From Spirochaetales bacterium (GTDB taxonomy: Bacteria > Spirochaetota > Spirochaetia > JABEVK01): a stretch of 64,000 nucleotides of DNA. The notes beneath the pieces are model-generated. The model had not been told where the DNA came from. It made no database searches and saw only the letters and a program-made list of their open reading frames with translations. The stretch spans positions 1 through 64,000 of the forward strand of contig JBAXAI010000018.1 in the NCBI GenBank assembly GCA_037142615.1, written 5' to 3'. Shown here piece after piece: positions 20,489-29,865 of this stretch (position 1 is its first letter; every line of letters starts with the position of its first letter). The translations under genes were made by a program, and so were the position numbers.

Positions 20489-21172
20489 ATGAAAAAGCTC
20501 CTCCTAGCTGCCTTCGCGGTGGCTGTCCTCTTCGCCTCGTGCCAAAATACGGCTACGACGCCAGCCAAGACCGATGGCACCGCCACCAAGGCCGATGTCA
20601 GCTATGCGTTCGGCGTGTTGATCGCCAACAACCTGAAGACCACGGGCCTCGAGTTTGACTACGATGCCATGGCCAACGCCATGCGCGACACGCTGGAAAA
20701 GAACGCTCCTAAAGTGACCGTTGAAGTCGCCAACACCACGGTCCAAACTGCCGTCACCGAAGGGATGAAGAAGAAGGCCGAAGCCAACGCCGTTAAGGAA
20801 AAGGCTTTTCTCGAGAGCAATGGCAAGAAGACCGGCATGAAGACGACCGCCAGCGGCCTGCAGTACGAAGTCATCAAGGAAGGCACCGGGGTCAAGCCCA
20901 AGGAAACCGACAAGGTGAAGGTTGACTACGTGGGCACGCTCACCGATGGCACCAAGTTCGACAGTTCCATCGACCGCAATGAACCTGCCGTGTTTCCCCT
21001 GGCCGGCGTGATCCCTGGCTGGACCGAGGGCATCCAGTTGATGCCCGTCGGCAGTCAATACAAGTTCTACATTCCTTCGGCGCTCGGCTACGGCGAACAG
21101 GGTTACGGCGACAAGATCCCGGGCAACTCCACGCTGGTGTTCGAAGTCACCCTCATTTCGATCGAGAAGTAA
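20489..21172 (+). CDS. FKBP-type peptidyl-prolyl isomerase lipoprotein (Mip/FkpA-like)
   Basis: LFASC lipobox; SYAFG, TTASGLQYEV, FDSS, VIPGWTEG, IP..LGYG, IPGNSTLVFEV. Confidence 0.93.
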   Translation: MKKLLLAAFAVAVLFASCQNTATTPAKTDGTATKADVSYAFGVLIANNLKTTGLEFDYDAMANAMRDTLEKNAPKVTVEVANTTVQTAVTEGMKKKAEANAVKEKAFLESNGKKTGMKTTASGLQYEVIKEGTGVKPKETDKVKVDYVGTLTDGTKFDSSIDRNEPAVFPLAGVIPGWTEGIQLMPVGSQYKFYIPSALGYGEQGYGDKIPGNSTLVFEVTLISIEK

Positions 21173-21205
21173 GGTGGCGGTGCCTTGAGGCACTGCCGAC
21201 GGACC

Positions 21206-21235
21206 AGCCGACCCCTCGCGGGTCGGCTTTTTTTT
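21206..21235 (+). terminator. Intrinsic terminator
   Basis: agccgaccc-ctcgc-gggtcggct followed by a T-tract. Confidence 0.85.
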
Positions 21236-21331
21236 GCCCTTTTGCGTTCTTCGTCTTTGTGAAGGTTTGGTGAAGACCCGGTAAAATACCTGAGTAGTTG
21301 TATAATGAACCTGCTAAGAAGAGGAGAGATC

Positions 21332-22546
21332 ATGAAAACGACTTTGGGATTTGTTGCGGCGATGGCCGCGTTGGTTTTACTGGGTGGTTGCGCCGCAATG
21401 GGCTTGGGAACGCCTGCACCTGCCACCCCTGCTGGGTACGTTAAGGGTGTGATCACCGCCAAGGGTTCGATTTGGGTGAACGGGGTAGAATACCAGACGA
21501 CCGGTAGCTCGGTCACTGTTGATGGCTCGTCTACGGGCACCGATGCTGACCTGAAGGTCGGTATGACCGTCGAGTTCAATGCCAGCGTCGACGCGAGCGG
21601 CAAGGCAACCGTTAAGACCGTGGCCTACGAAAGCGGCGTCAAGGGCCTCGTCGAGGTCGCGGGTGACCTGACGACCGGGCAATTTACGGTGCTTGGGCAG
21701 GTCGTGCAGACCGGACTTTCCACCGTCATCGAAGGCGCTGCCGACGTCACGGGTGTGACTGTCGGCAAGTTTGTCGAGGTCAGCGGCCAGCTGGACGCTA
21801 CGAACGTTCTCGTCGCGACGCGGGTCGAAGTGAAGAGTTTTGGCTCCGGCGATGAACTGAAATTGAAGGGTGAGGTCAGCGCTCTCGATACAGTTGCCAA
21901 GACCTTTGTTTTGACTTTGGAAAACGCCAAGACTTATACAATTGACTACTCAACCGCCGCCGCCGATAAGGTCGACTCGGCCTTGGCAAACAAGTCCAAA
22001 GTCCGGGTTAAGTTTGCTACGTCCCCCGCTGGTTCGACCATCACCGCAACCTCCGTGACGCTCAAGAAGCAGGACGTCAAACCGGAAAGCGGCAGCAAGG
22101 GCGAACTCGAAGGAATTGTCAGCTCGTACGTCGCTGACCCCCTCAGTTTCACGCTTGACGGTACCCCCGTGTCAGCCACGGGCGACGTCGCCAGCAAGGC
22201 GCTCGCTGCGGGACTCGCCGACGGTAAGAAGGTCGGGGTCAAGGGAGACGTCGGGGCTGACGGTGTTCTGGTTGCCACCAAGATCGAAGTCCAGAAGAGC
22301 GACAAAGAGCTGAAGGGCGATCTGAAGGAGTTTGACGGCGCCGTAACGGCCGTCGACATCACGCTCGACACATTCGCCATCGATAGTACCACCTATTACG
22401 TCACTTCGAAGACGATCTTCCATGACAAAGATTGGACCGGCACCGACCCACTAGCGAAGCTCGGGGTGGGTGACCAAGTAGAAGGGAAGGCTCTCAAGGG
22501 CACAGACGGAATGTACAGCGTCATCGTGCTCGAAAAGCACAACTGA
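21332..22546 (+). CDS. DUF5666 repeat lipoprotein
   Basis: LLGGC lipobox; G.ITA.GSIWVNGVEY; about 5 repeated OB-like units (LKVGMTVE, VGKFVEVSG, ATRVEV). Confidence 0.75.
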   Translation: MKTTLGFVAAMAALVLLGGCAAMGLGTPAPATPAGYVKGVITAKGSIWVNGVEYQTTGSSVTVDGSSTGTDADLKVGMTVEFNASVDASGKATVKTVAYESGVKGLVEVAGDLTTGQFTVLGQVVQTGLSTVIEGAADVTGVTVGKFVEVSGQLDATNVLVATRVEVKSFGSGDELKLKGEVSALDTVAKTFVLTLENAKTYTIDYSTAAADKVDSALANKSKVRVKFATSPAGSTITATSVTLKKQDVKPESGSKGELEGIVSSYVADPLSFTLDGTPVSATGDVASKALAAGLADGKKVGVKGDVGADGVLVATKIEVQKSDKELKGDLKEFDGAVTAVDITLDTFAIDSTTYYVTSKTIFHDKDWTGTDPLAKLGVGDQVEGKALKGTDGMYSVIVLEKHN

Positions 22547-22566
22547 GAACTCCAAACCACGGAATG

Positions 22567-22606
22567 GCAAGAGCCCTCATGGAGCCCGTGAGGGCTCTTG
22601 CTTTTT
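22567..22606 (+). terminator. Intrinsic terminator
   Basis: gcaagagccctca...tgagggctcttgc followed by ttttt. Confidence 0.85.
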
Positions 22607-22665
22607 GGGGCTACCTCGTTAGCACCCACATTGCGAGCGCGCCATTGCCGGTGTAGACTGAAAGG

Positions 22666-23499
22666 ATGAAGAAAAGCATCCTCATCACCGGCAGCGCTAC
22701 GGGCATCGGCCTAGCTGGGGCCTTTCATTTGGGCCAACGTGGCTGGAAAGTGCTCCTCCACGCTCGCAGTGAAGCGCGCGGTCAGTCGGCGCTCGACAAC
22801 CTGCGCCAGGCAAACCCCGAAGGGGACTACCAATTGGTCACCGGTGACTTGGCGAGCCTTGACGAGGTGCGGGCGCTGGCGGTGCAGGTCAAGCGTCAGC
22901 TTCCGCGATTGGACGTGCTCTGGAATAATGCCGGACTCATGGTGAACGAGCGCCAAACCTCGGCTGACGGCTGGGAACTCCAGATGGCCGTGAATCACTT
23001 GGCCCCCTTCGTGCTCACCCGCGAACTGATGCCCTTGTTACTGAACCCGGGTGGGCGGGTCATCACCACCAGCTCGGCTGCCCACGTCGCCGGCAAGATC
23101 CGCTGGAACGATTGGATGGACGAGGGACGCAAGTACAATCCTTTTGTCACCTACAGCAAGACCAAGCTGGCCAACATTTTGTTCACCCGCGAACTGGCCC
23201 ACCGCTATGGGGCCGACGGTCTCACGGCGCACTGTTTCCACCCCGGGTTTGTCCGCACCGAGTTTGGCAAGTCGCGCGAAGGCGCCCACAAAAAGACCTT
23301 TGTCGACTACCTCACGTTCGCCCAGATTTCGCCGGAAACCGGTTGCGACACGGGCGTCTTTCTGGCAGAAACCGACCTGTTGCCGGGGCCGAACGGTTCG
23401 TACTGGTCGACCAGAAAGGTGCGGCGACCAGCCGGCGAAGCCAGCTCGACGAATGCCGCCTTGCTTTGGGAACTCAGCGAGAGGGCCATTGGCGACTAG
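22666..23499 (+). CDS. SDR family oxidoreductase (retinol-dehydrogenase-like)
   Basis: TGSATGIG, NNAG, VNHLAPF, YSKTK, HPG. Confidence 0.9.
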   Translation: MKKSILITGSATGIGLAGAFHLGQRGWKVLLHARSEARGQSALDNLRQANPEGDYQLVTGDLASLDEVRALAVQVKRQLPRLDVLWNNAGLMVNERQTSADGWELQMAVNHLAPFVLTRELMPLLLNPGGRVITTSSAAHVAGKIRWNDWMDEGRKYNPFVTYSKTKLANILFTRELAHRYGADGLTAHCFHPGFVRTEFGKSREGAHKKTFVDYLTFAQISPETGCDTGVFLAETDLLPGPNGSYWSTRKVRRPAGEASSTNAALLWELSERAIGD

Positions 23500-23501
23500 A
23501 A

Positions 23502-24281
23502 TCAGCGGGGCGTGAACTGGTACATAGCTGTCTTGGGGTTTTCACCGTAGTAGGCGACAAATTCCAAGCCCTTGGGACCCTTGGTATAGGCGAGGTAGAA
23601 ATGATGCGGGAAGAAAAAGGCCGCGAAACCCACCAGTGACATGTCGGCCACCACGTAGTTCCCCACAGGGACGGCCTTGCGAAACTCCTCGGGATAATCG
23701 TACTTGGTGCTCAGCGCCAGTGGATTGTCGGTCTCCAGGAACACGATCTGGAAGTCCCCTACCAGGCCTCCGTCGGGCGAAAGGCTTTTGAGGAGCAATC
23801 CATCGCGAATCCCGGCCTTCCACGCTTGGTAGACGACGTTGCTGATTTCCGTCTGCAAGGCGAAACCCGGACCCAGACTGGAGGTTCGCTCGGACTGCGC
23901 TTTTCCGTTTATTGAAACAACGGTCTGAACCAGGTTTCGGGCTTCATCCACGGATTGCTGGAAGCGTTTGCCCTGGCTCGTTGTTTCCAGAGCGCTGATC
24001 AGCGTGCCATCCCTGTGAAACCGCTGGAGAAGTGAGACTTCGGCGTTCGAGGCTTCCACCGTGTAGGTTCCGTCCGAGCCATTCGTCCGCCTGAGCGTAT
24101 ACTGCTGACGGGTTGTGCCACGCTCGCTCTTCATCAGGATGACCAAAGGAGCCTCGGAGGGGAGGTCAAGGCTTTGGCTGCGGACTCTTTGGTCCACAGT
24201 GCTGAGCTCAGTCAGCGAGAAGAGCGGTACCATCAGACTACTCACGGCCACGAGAACGAAAAGTCGAAGCACCTGCGACAT
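23502..24281 (-). CDS. Hypothetical exported protein
   Basis: Signal-like N-terminus; SD GGAGG; 259 codons filling the gap. Confidence 0.65.
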   Translation of the reverse strand: MSQVLRLFVLVAVSSLMVPLFSLTELSTVDQRVRSQSLDLPSEAPLVILMKSERGTTRQQYTLRRTNGSDGTYTVEASNAEVSLLQRFHRDGTLISALETTSQGKRFQQSVDEARNLVQTVVSINGKAQSERTSSLGPGFALQTEISNVVYQAWKAGIRDGLLLKSLSPDGGLVGDFQIVFLETDNPLALSTKYDYPEEFRKAVPVGNYVVADMSLVGFAAFFFPHHFYLAYTKGPKGLEFVAYYGENPKTAMYQFTPR

Positions 24282-24355
24282 GAACCCTCCTGCCTGCCAA
24301 GATACTGCCATTTGGCTTGTTTTGGAGCCCGTTTTTGCTCTAGGATGAAGAAACC

Positions 24356-25414
24356 ATGCCGTTCACGACCGATGACCTTCGAGTTCAGGCCCTCAAGCCT
24401 CTTCTGCCGCCCGCCATTCTGATGGAGGAAATCCCCGCCACCGAAAGTCTGCAGCGCTTTGTCGCCGAAAGCCGCCAAACTTGTGAGGCTGTCATTCAGG
24501 GCAAAGACGACCGGCTGCTGGTCATTGTCGGTCCGTGTTCTATCCATGACGTCAAAGCGGGGCGGGAGTACGCAGAGAGGCTGTCGGCAGTCAGGCAAAG
24601 GCTCAAGGGTGATTTGGAAATCGTGATGCGCGTGTATTTTGAAAAGCCCCGGTCGCGCTCGGGTTGGAAAGGGCTCATCAACGACCCGTTCATCGACGGA
24701 AGTTTTCAGATCAACAAGGGGCTCCGCATCGCCCGTCAGTTTCTTGTCGATGTCGTGTCGCTGGGAGTTCCCACTGCGGTCGAGTACCTCGACACCATCA
24801 GCCCCCAATTCATCGCCGACTGTGTTACTTGGGGTGCGATCGGCGCGCGAACCACCGAGAGCCAGGTGCACCGCGAGCTCGCCTCGGGTCTCTCGACCCC
24901 GGTCGGCTTCAAGAACGGTACGGACGGAAACATCAAAATCGCCATCGACGCAATCCACGCCTCACGCAATCCGCACCACTTCTTGTCGGTCACCAAACAG
25001 GGAGTGGCGGCCATCGTCAGCACCCGCGGAAACAAGATGGGACACCTTATTCTGCGCGGCGCCGGGACCGCTCCCAACTACGACGAAGTTTCCGTAAAGG
25101 CCGCGTGCGCTTCACTCGTCGAAGCGGGATTGCCCGGTTCGCTGATGGTCGATTGTTCGCACGGCAACTCCCAAAAGGACCACCTGAAGCAACCCCTTGC
25201 CGCCGCCGAAGTGGCACGTCAGTTGGCCGCCGGTTCACACGACATTTTTGGGGTGATGCTCGAAAGCCACCTGGTGGGCGGCAACCAGAAGGAAAGTCCC
25301 CTCGAGAAGCTGGTCTACGGCCAGTCGATTACCGACGCTTGCCTCAGCTGGGACGATACCGTGCCGGTGCTCGAGCAGTTGGCGGCTGCCGTGAGGTCGC
25401 GGCGCAAGCCCTGA
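24356..25414 (+). CDS. aroG: DAHP synthase, class I-alpha (AroF/G/H type)
   Basis: GPCSIHD, RVYFEKPR, GWKGLINDP, IGARTTESQVHRE, GFKNGTDG, DCSHGNS, YGQSITDAC; feedback type cannot be assigned. Confidence 0.9.
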   Translation: MPFTTDDLRVQALKPLLPPAILMEEIPATESLQRFVAESRQTCEAVIQGKDDRLLVIVGPCSIHDVKAGREYAERLSAVRQRLKGDLEIVMRVYFEKPRSRSGWKGLINDPFIDGSFQINKGLRIARQFLVDVVSLGVPTAVEYLDTISPQFIADCVTWGAIGARTTESQVHRELASGLSTPVGFKNGTDGNIKIAIDAIHASRNPHHFLSVTKQGVAAIVSTRGNKMGHLILRGAGTAPNYDEVSVKAACASLVEAGLPGSLMVDCSHGNSQKDHLKQPLAAAEVARQLAAGSHDIFGVMLESHLVGGNQKESPLEKLVYGQSITDACLSWDDTVPVLEQLAAAVRSRRKP

Positions 25415-26097
25415 GACACTTTGCCGAAGTTCCGCTTGCGGCGCGCAAACTCGGCCAAAGCTTCGTTGAGGTCTGTCCCTGTCCAGTCGGGCCAGAGGGT
25501 TTCACTGAACGAAAACTCGGCGTAAGCCGCGCGCCATAGCTGAAAATTGCTCAGCCGCTGTTCGCCTGAGGTGCGGATCACCAGGTCAAGGTCGGGCACC
25601 TCGGGGTGGTCGAGCGCCGACGCCAGGTCCGCTTCGTTGGGGACTTCGCCGGGGCGACGGGCCATCCAGCGCCTCACGGCCCGCGCGATCTCGTCGCGAC
25701 CCCCGTGGTTCAACGCGAGGTTGACGGTCATCCCCCCATGTTCCCGGGTGGCAGACTCAACCCGGCGCAGCGACTTTTGCACATTCGCCGGGAGCGCCTC
25801 CAAGTCCCCGCTGGCGACGACCCGCAAATCCAGTTCGTGGTAGAACTCCATTTCGGCTTCGAGATGCTTACCGATCAGTCCCATCAGGAACTCGACCTCG
25901 CGCACGGGGCGTCCGTGGTTCTCGGTCGAAAAAACGTACAGGGTGAGGTAGCGGATCCCGGTCTCGGCTGCGGCGCGCGTCACCCTGCGGGCGGCCTTGA
26001 GGCCTTCGAGGTGGCCCTGTGACCGGTCTTTGCCCTGTCGAGTGGCCCAGCGGCCATTGCCGTCCATGATGATGCCGACGTGCTGTGGTGTGCTCAT
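25315..26097 (-). CDS. uppS: Undecaprenyl diphosphate synthase
   Basis: HVGIIMDGNGRWA, FSTEN, GGRDEI, IRTSGEQRLSNF, WPD, RNFG; start at 26097; 3' end overlaps the DAHP synthase gene. Confidence 0.92.
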   Translation of the reverse strand: MSTPQHVGIIMDGNGRWATRQGKDRSQGHLEGLKAARRVTRAAAETGIRYLTLYVFSTENHGRPVREVEFLMGLIGKHLEAEMEFYHELDLRVVASGDLEALPANVQKSLRRVESATREHGGMTVNLALNHGGRDEIARAVRRWMARRPGEVPNEADLASALDHPEVPDLDLVIRTSGEQRLSNFQLWRAAYAEFSFSETLWPDWTGTDLNEALAEFARRKRNFGKVSQGLRRDLTAAANCSSTGTVSSQLRQASVIDWP

Positions 26098-26175
26098 AGA
26101 AGCAGTATGCCCGGCGATGGTGGCGAAACCCATGGGAAGCCCTGAGAAAAACGGCCCATGTGCTATAGTAACCTC

Positions 26176-27165
26176 ATGCGCTGGACCGATTTCCTGGTTC
26201 CCTTGTTGGCAGTTTTGACAAGTTTGCCGCCCCTCACCGTGGCGTGGTTGGCCGGCCATAAATCCAAAGACCCCGCCCGTCGGCTGTTTGCCGGGGGGTT
26301 GGCTTTGGTCGCCGCCATCATCTTTCTGGTGAGCACCGGGGTGTTTCTCGACGTGGCCGGGGTCGCCACCGCTACCGGGGCCACCGCGCTCGCCCCAATC
26401 GCGGGGCTGAAGTTCCTGTTCTGGAACCTTACGTTTCTGCTTGCGTTTGGCAGTTTGTTGGTTCTGCGGCATTTTATCACGCGAGTGCTTCCGGGCCCGC
26501 ACCGGCGGCCGCTCCTGTTCTGGGTCCTCAGCGCCGTTTTCTACGCGGTCACTCTGGTGCTCGCTTTTGGTGTCACTCCGCCTTTGATCGATTTCCGAAG
26601 CACCACCGCCTCGGTGTTGGGGAGTCTGTACTACCTTGGGGGGATCACTTTGCCTGGTTGGAAAATGTGGCGTCGCCGCCAGGTTCTTCCGACCTGGTTC
26701 TCGCCTACCGTCGAGTTGCTCGTGCGCATTTTGCTCCCACTGGGAGTGCTCGCGGCGCTGTGGGAGGGACTTCGTTTTTGGAACCCCGCCTGGCCTGCGG
26801 TTTCTGCCATTCCCGTGGTGTTCTTCGTTTTCTTTGCCCTCGTGGGGCTCGAGTTGGTGCGCCGATTCCCCATGGCCAGCGCTTCTGGAAGCCCGATGGA
26901 AAAGGCCGAACGGCTGGCAGCACGTTTCCCTGCACAGAACATCACTGCCCGCGAAAAACAAGTGCTCTCACACCTGCTTGAAGGCCACAAGAACACCGAA
27001 ATAGCCGCAGTCCTGGGCGTGTCGGCGCACACGGTGAAGAATCACATCTACAACCTTTACCAGAAGTTGGGCACCGACACCAGGCTGGAGTTGCTGGCGC
27101 TGGTCATGGACTCGAGCCCTATGGACTCGAGCCCTACGGGCTCTTCGGAAACTCGAGCGAAATGA
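26176..27165 (+). CDS. Multi-TM sensor fused to a LuxR-type HTH
   Basis: About 7 hydrophobic helices; ITAREKQVL..L.EG..N.EIA..L.VS.HTVKNHIYNLYQKLG. Confidence 0.85.
   Translation: MRWTDFLVPLLAVLTSLPPLTVAWLAGHKSKDPARRLFAGGLALVAAIIFLVSTGVFLDVAGVATATGATALAPIAGLKFLFWNLTFLLAFGSLLVLRHFITRVLPGPHRRPLLFWVLSAVFYAVTLVLAFGVTPPLIDFRSTTASVLGSLYYLGGITLPGWKMWRRRQVLPTWFSPTVELLVRILLPLGVLAALWEGLRFWNPAWPAVSAIPVVFFVFFALVGLELVRRFPMASASGSPMEKAERLAARFPAQNITAREKQVLSHLLEGHKNTEIAAVLGVSAHTVKNHIYNLYQKLGTDTRLELLALVMDSSPMDSSPTGSSETRAK
27106..27136 (+). repeat. 15-bp tandem duplication
   Basis: atggactcgagccct x2, encoding MDSSP-MDSSP. Confidence 0.9.
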
Positions 27166-29467
27166 CCTGACCCTTTTCGGGGTTGAAGAGCTTGATCAGC
27201 AAGGTGTTGTCGTTCTCGTACCAGGCCGCGCTGCGGTCGGTGTCGGTGATGCCGAACGAGTCGCCGTACTTGGGAATGACCTTGTTGTCGATCTTCACCG
27301 TCTTGGGATTGTAAACCTTATGGAGCCGAAAGAGGACATAGGGGTCCGAATACCGCATCCGGGGTCCCGAATCGACCACTTCGCTGGAAATTTCCATCGA
27401 GTTGGCCCGGTAACTGAACTGGAAGTCCACCGTGGTGATCAGCCCCCGTTCGTCGTCACGGGTGAGGCCGTCGTCTACCGAGTACCTGCCTTTTCCGACG
27501 CCGCCAGGGTACACGTGGAAGGTCAGGGGGTTGTAGGTCGCCTTGTCGTCGAACACTTCGGCTTCGCGCACAGCCACGAAACCTCCCGCCTTGGTGAAGA
27601 CCAGCGGGAAGTCGGGGCTGGTGGGCAAGTCGTAGGCCTGTCCCCCCGAGAACTCCTCGCCGGCCGGGAACTGGAACCAGACTCCCCCGCCCGGCAAATA
27701 GACCTTGCGCGTCGGGTTGCCGTCGACCGCCGGAGCGATAAGCAGATTATCGCCCAAAAGGAACTCGTCGCGGATGGCCCGCACTTTCGGGTCGCTGGCG
27801 TAGCTCCAAAGGAGGGGCCGCAGAGCCGGCACGCCGGTTGGTGCGGCCTGGCGAAGAACTTCCACCATGGTCGGCTTGAGAGTAGAACGGCGGTCGAGCA
27901 CGGCTTTGAACAGTTTCTTGTCTTTGTCGGTCAGGCTCAACCACCACGACAGGGGGTCGGGGCCGGCGTCGAGCACGAGGTAGGGGTTGAGCAGGGCCAT
28001 CTGCAGGCCCCTCCAGGCCGCCGGAGCCTTGGCAGGATCGGCAAGCGGCCGCACATCAAGCCTGATCAGTGCCGTCCCCAAGCCGGAAAGGCCAGCCGAG
28101 AGCACTTTGTCGAGGGTCAGTTGGTCGTCGACGCCTGCCGTTGCCAAGATTTCGGGCGCGCCCCAGCGCGATGAGCCGGTGAAGCCCGTCTGCCACGTGT
28201 TCCACGGCCGGAAGCTCGGAAAGGCCGCGCGTTGGGCCTCGGCGGCCTTCTGCGCCCCCCAAACCGCAAACGGATTGTTGCTCCGAGCCAAGAGTGACTT
28301 GAGTCCCCGGTCGTCGAAAGTTGTGTCCCAAAGGGCTTCGCCGGGAACGAGAGACGAGGTGTCCACAGCCTGTCCCAGAGCCCAACTCGGCGAAGGGGAC
28401 AGACCTACGCTGAAATGGGCCGCTTCGAGGGCCTTTGCCTCGGCCTCGCTGGTGTTGCCTTGGCGAACCTGGCCCACGGAAAGCTTGGCCCTTCGCAAGA
28501 AATCGCCATTGCTCCCGTCGGGCAACACAAACCCTGCCGTGGTCGCCCAGGCTGGGGAGCGGGGAGTACGACCGACCACCGTGGTCAATCCAGCGATTAC
28601 CTCGCCGGGGCCTTTCCCGGTCCAAAAGACCAGATCGAGCCCTCCGTTGAGGGTGCCGAAAAAGGCCTTCGCCGGATCGAGCTGAATGTAGCTTTGGTAG
28701 GAGCTATCGATCAGCACCCCGAACGGCGGCGCGGCTCCGGGTCCGTTGGCACCAGCCGCGAGCAGGAAGGGGATGCCCCAAGGTCCACTTTCTGCGTTGG
28801 GTCCCGCCCACAGCTTGACCCACTGGCCTGACTTGTCGAAGCCCTGCGACGGGGGGGAAAGCCCCGCAGTTCCCAGGCCCGTCCAGATCGGCTGAGCCGC
28901 CATCGAAAACTCCTGCTTCAGGCGCTTTTTGAGGAACATCGGACCCGAGGGGGTCTTCCACAGCAGCGTGCCGGCGGAGCGGACCTCGCAAGCCAGGGTT
29001 GCCTTGTCGAGCCTCCACTCCAGGTCGCTTGTGGCCGCAACAAGGTGGGTCGGTGTCTCGCTCACGGTCAGGTCGAACCGGCCTTCGGGCCAAGTCCGGG
29101 GTCCGGGTGACGAAGGCGAAACGTCGTTTGCGGGAGGAAACCACAGCCGGAAGCTCTTCGTGGTCAAAAACTGCACCGAGGCGAGCTTGCCCCCCTCGAG
29201 CGTGAGCCCGAGCCCGTTCCCCTCGCGCGTCCACGAACTCAGCGCCGGAAGCGGAGCCCACGAACCCTCGAGGAACTCGGTCTTGCTCACCAGGCGGTGG
29301 TCGTCGTCGATTTCGGGTGGCTTGGGCGGGGGTGGCAATGGCTCAACCACCTCCGGCACAATCACTGGCTCTACCACTTTGGGCGGAGGCGAAGCGCACT
29401 GCGAAAGCACGAGCTGGAGCGCGAGAAAAGCGGCAAGGAGGGGAAGAACTCGGCGAAGAGACGTCAT
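27134..29467 (-). CDS. GH31-fold exported/lipoprotein, catalytic motifs degenerate
   Basis: C-terminal TGVPALRPL, DEFLLGDNLLIAP, RKVYLPGG.W, P.F.KAG, DDG.T are GH31-type; WxDMNEP and WxGD not found. Confidence 0.75.
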   Translation of the reverse strand: MTSLRRVLPLLAAFLALQLVLSQCASPPPKVVEPVIVPEVVEPLPPPPKPPEIDDDHRLVSKTEFLEGSWAPLPALSSWTREGNGLGLTLEGGKLASVQFLTTKSFRLWFPPANDVSPSSPGPRTWPEGRFDLTVSETPTHLVAATSDLEWRLDKATLACEVRSAGTLLWKTPSGPMFLKKRLKQEFSMAAQPIWTGLGTAGLSPPSQGFDKSGQWVKLWAGPNAESGPWGIPFLLAAGANGPGAAPPFGVLIDSSYQSYIQLDPAKAFFGTLNGGLDLVFWTGKGPGEVIAGLTTVVGRTPRSPAWATTAGFVLPDGSNGDFLRRAKLSVGQVRQGNTSEAEAKALEAAHFSVGLSPSPSWALGQAVDTSSLVPGEALWDTTFDDRGLKSLLARSNNPFAVWGAQKAAEAQRAAFPSFRPWNTWQTGFTGSSRWGAPEILATAGVDDQLTLDKVLSAGLSGLGTALIRLDVRPLADPAKAPAAWRGLQMALLNPYLVLDAGPDPLSWWLSLTDKDKKLFKAVLDRRSTLKPTMVEVLRQAAPTGVPALRPLLWSYASDPKVRAIRDEFLLGDNLLIAPAVDGNPTRKVYLPGGGVWFQFPAGEEFSGGQAYDLPTSPDFPLVFTKAGGFVAVREAEVFDDKATYNPLTFHVYPGGVGKGRYSVDDGLTRDDERGLITTVDFQFSYRANSMEISSEVVDSGPRMRYSDPYVLFRLHKVYNPKTVKIDNKVIPKYGDSFGITDTDRSAAWYENDNTLLIKLFNPEKGQVISLEFPKSP

Positions 29468-29476
29468 ATCTCTTTA

Positions 29477-29572
29477 TCGGAAGGATTTCAGGAGAGAAAT
29501 ACCGTGATATTCTGCCCGATATAGGGCAAATATCTGGGCAAATCTTGAAATCTCCCGAGAAAACGGTAAGAT
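29477..29572. promoter_or_regulatory. Divergent promoter region with nested inverted and direct repeats (candidate operator)
   Basis: gatattctgccc/gggcaaatatc inverted repeat; GGGCAAAT x2; TTGAAA-N16-TAAGAT 7 nt before ATG 29580. Confidence 0.5.
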
Positions 29573-29579
29573 GCCCTTC

Positions 29580-29855
29580 ATGGAACACGGCGAGTCGGCG
29601 AACGAACGCGGAATCGAAGCCATCAGCCAGACCTACTCGCTCGACCGAGACCTGGTTCGTCGTCTGGACGAAGAGTTCCGCGCGTTGAGTGCCGAGACGG
29701 TAGAACAGTTTGTCGTTCGCCGCCATCAGGAACTCCAGCGGGCCGGTTGGTCGAACGAGGCCATCTACGAGCAACTGCAACGCGAGACCCGCGGGGGGCG
29801 TTTCCGGGCTCGTGAGCTGAGCGTGCGCCAAGTCAGGCGTCTGATTTACGGATAG
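29580..29855 (+). CDS. Small conserved-looking hypothetical protein directly upstream of glmS
   Basis: 91 aa, helical and basic; ETVEQFVVRRHQELQ..G.SNEAIYEQL...LSVRQVRRLIYG; stop overlaps the glmS SD. Confidence 0.8.
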   Translation: MEHGESANERGIEAISQTYSLDRDLVRRLDEEFRALSAETVEQFVVRRHQELQRAGWSNEAIYEQLQRETRGGRFRARELSVRQVRRLIYG

Positions 29856-29865
29856 GAGACTACTT

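Noticed and set aside
29468-29865. glmS ribozyme
   Set aside because: The space before glmS is occupied by an ORF and I cannot see the ribozyme core consensus
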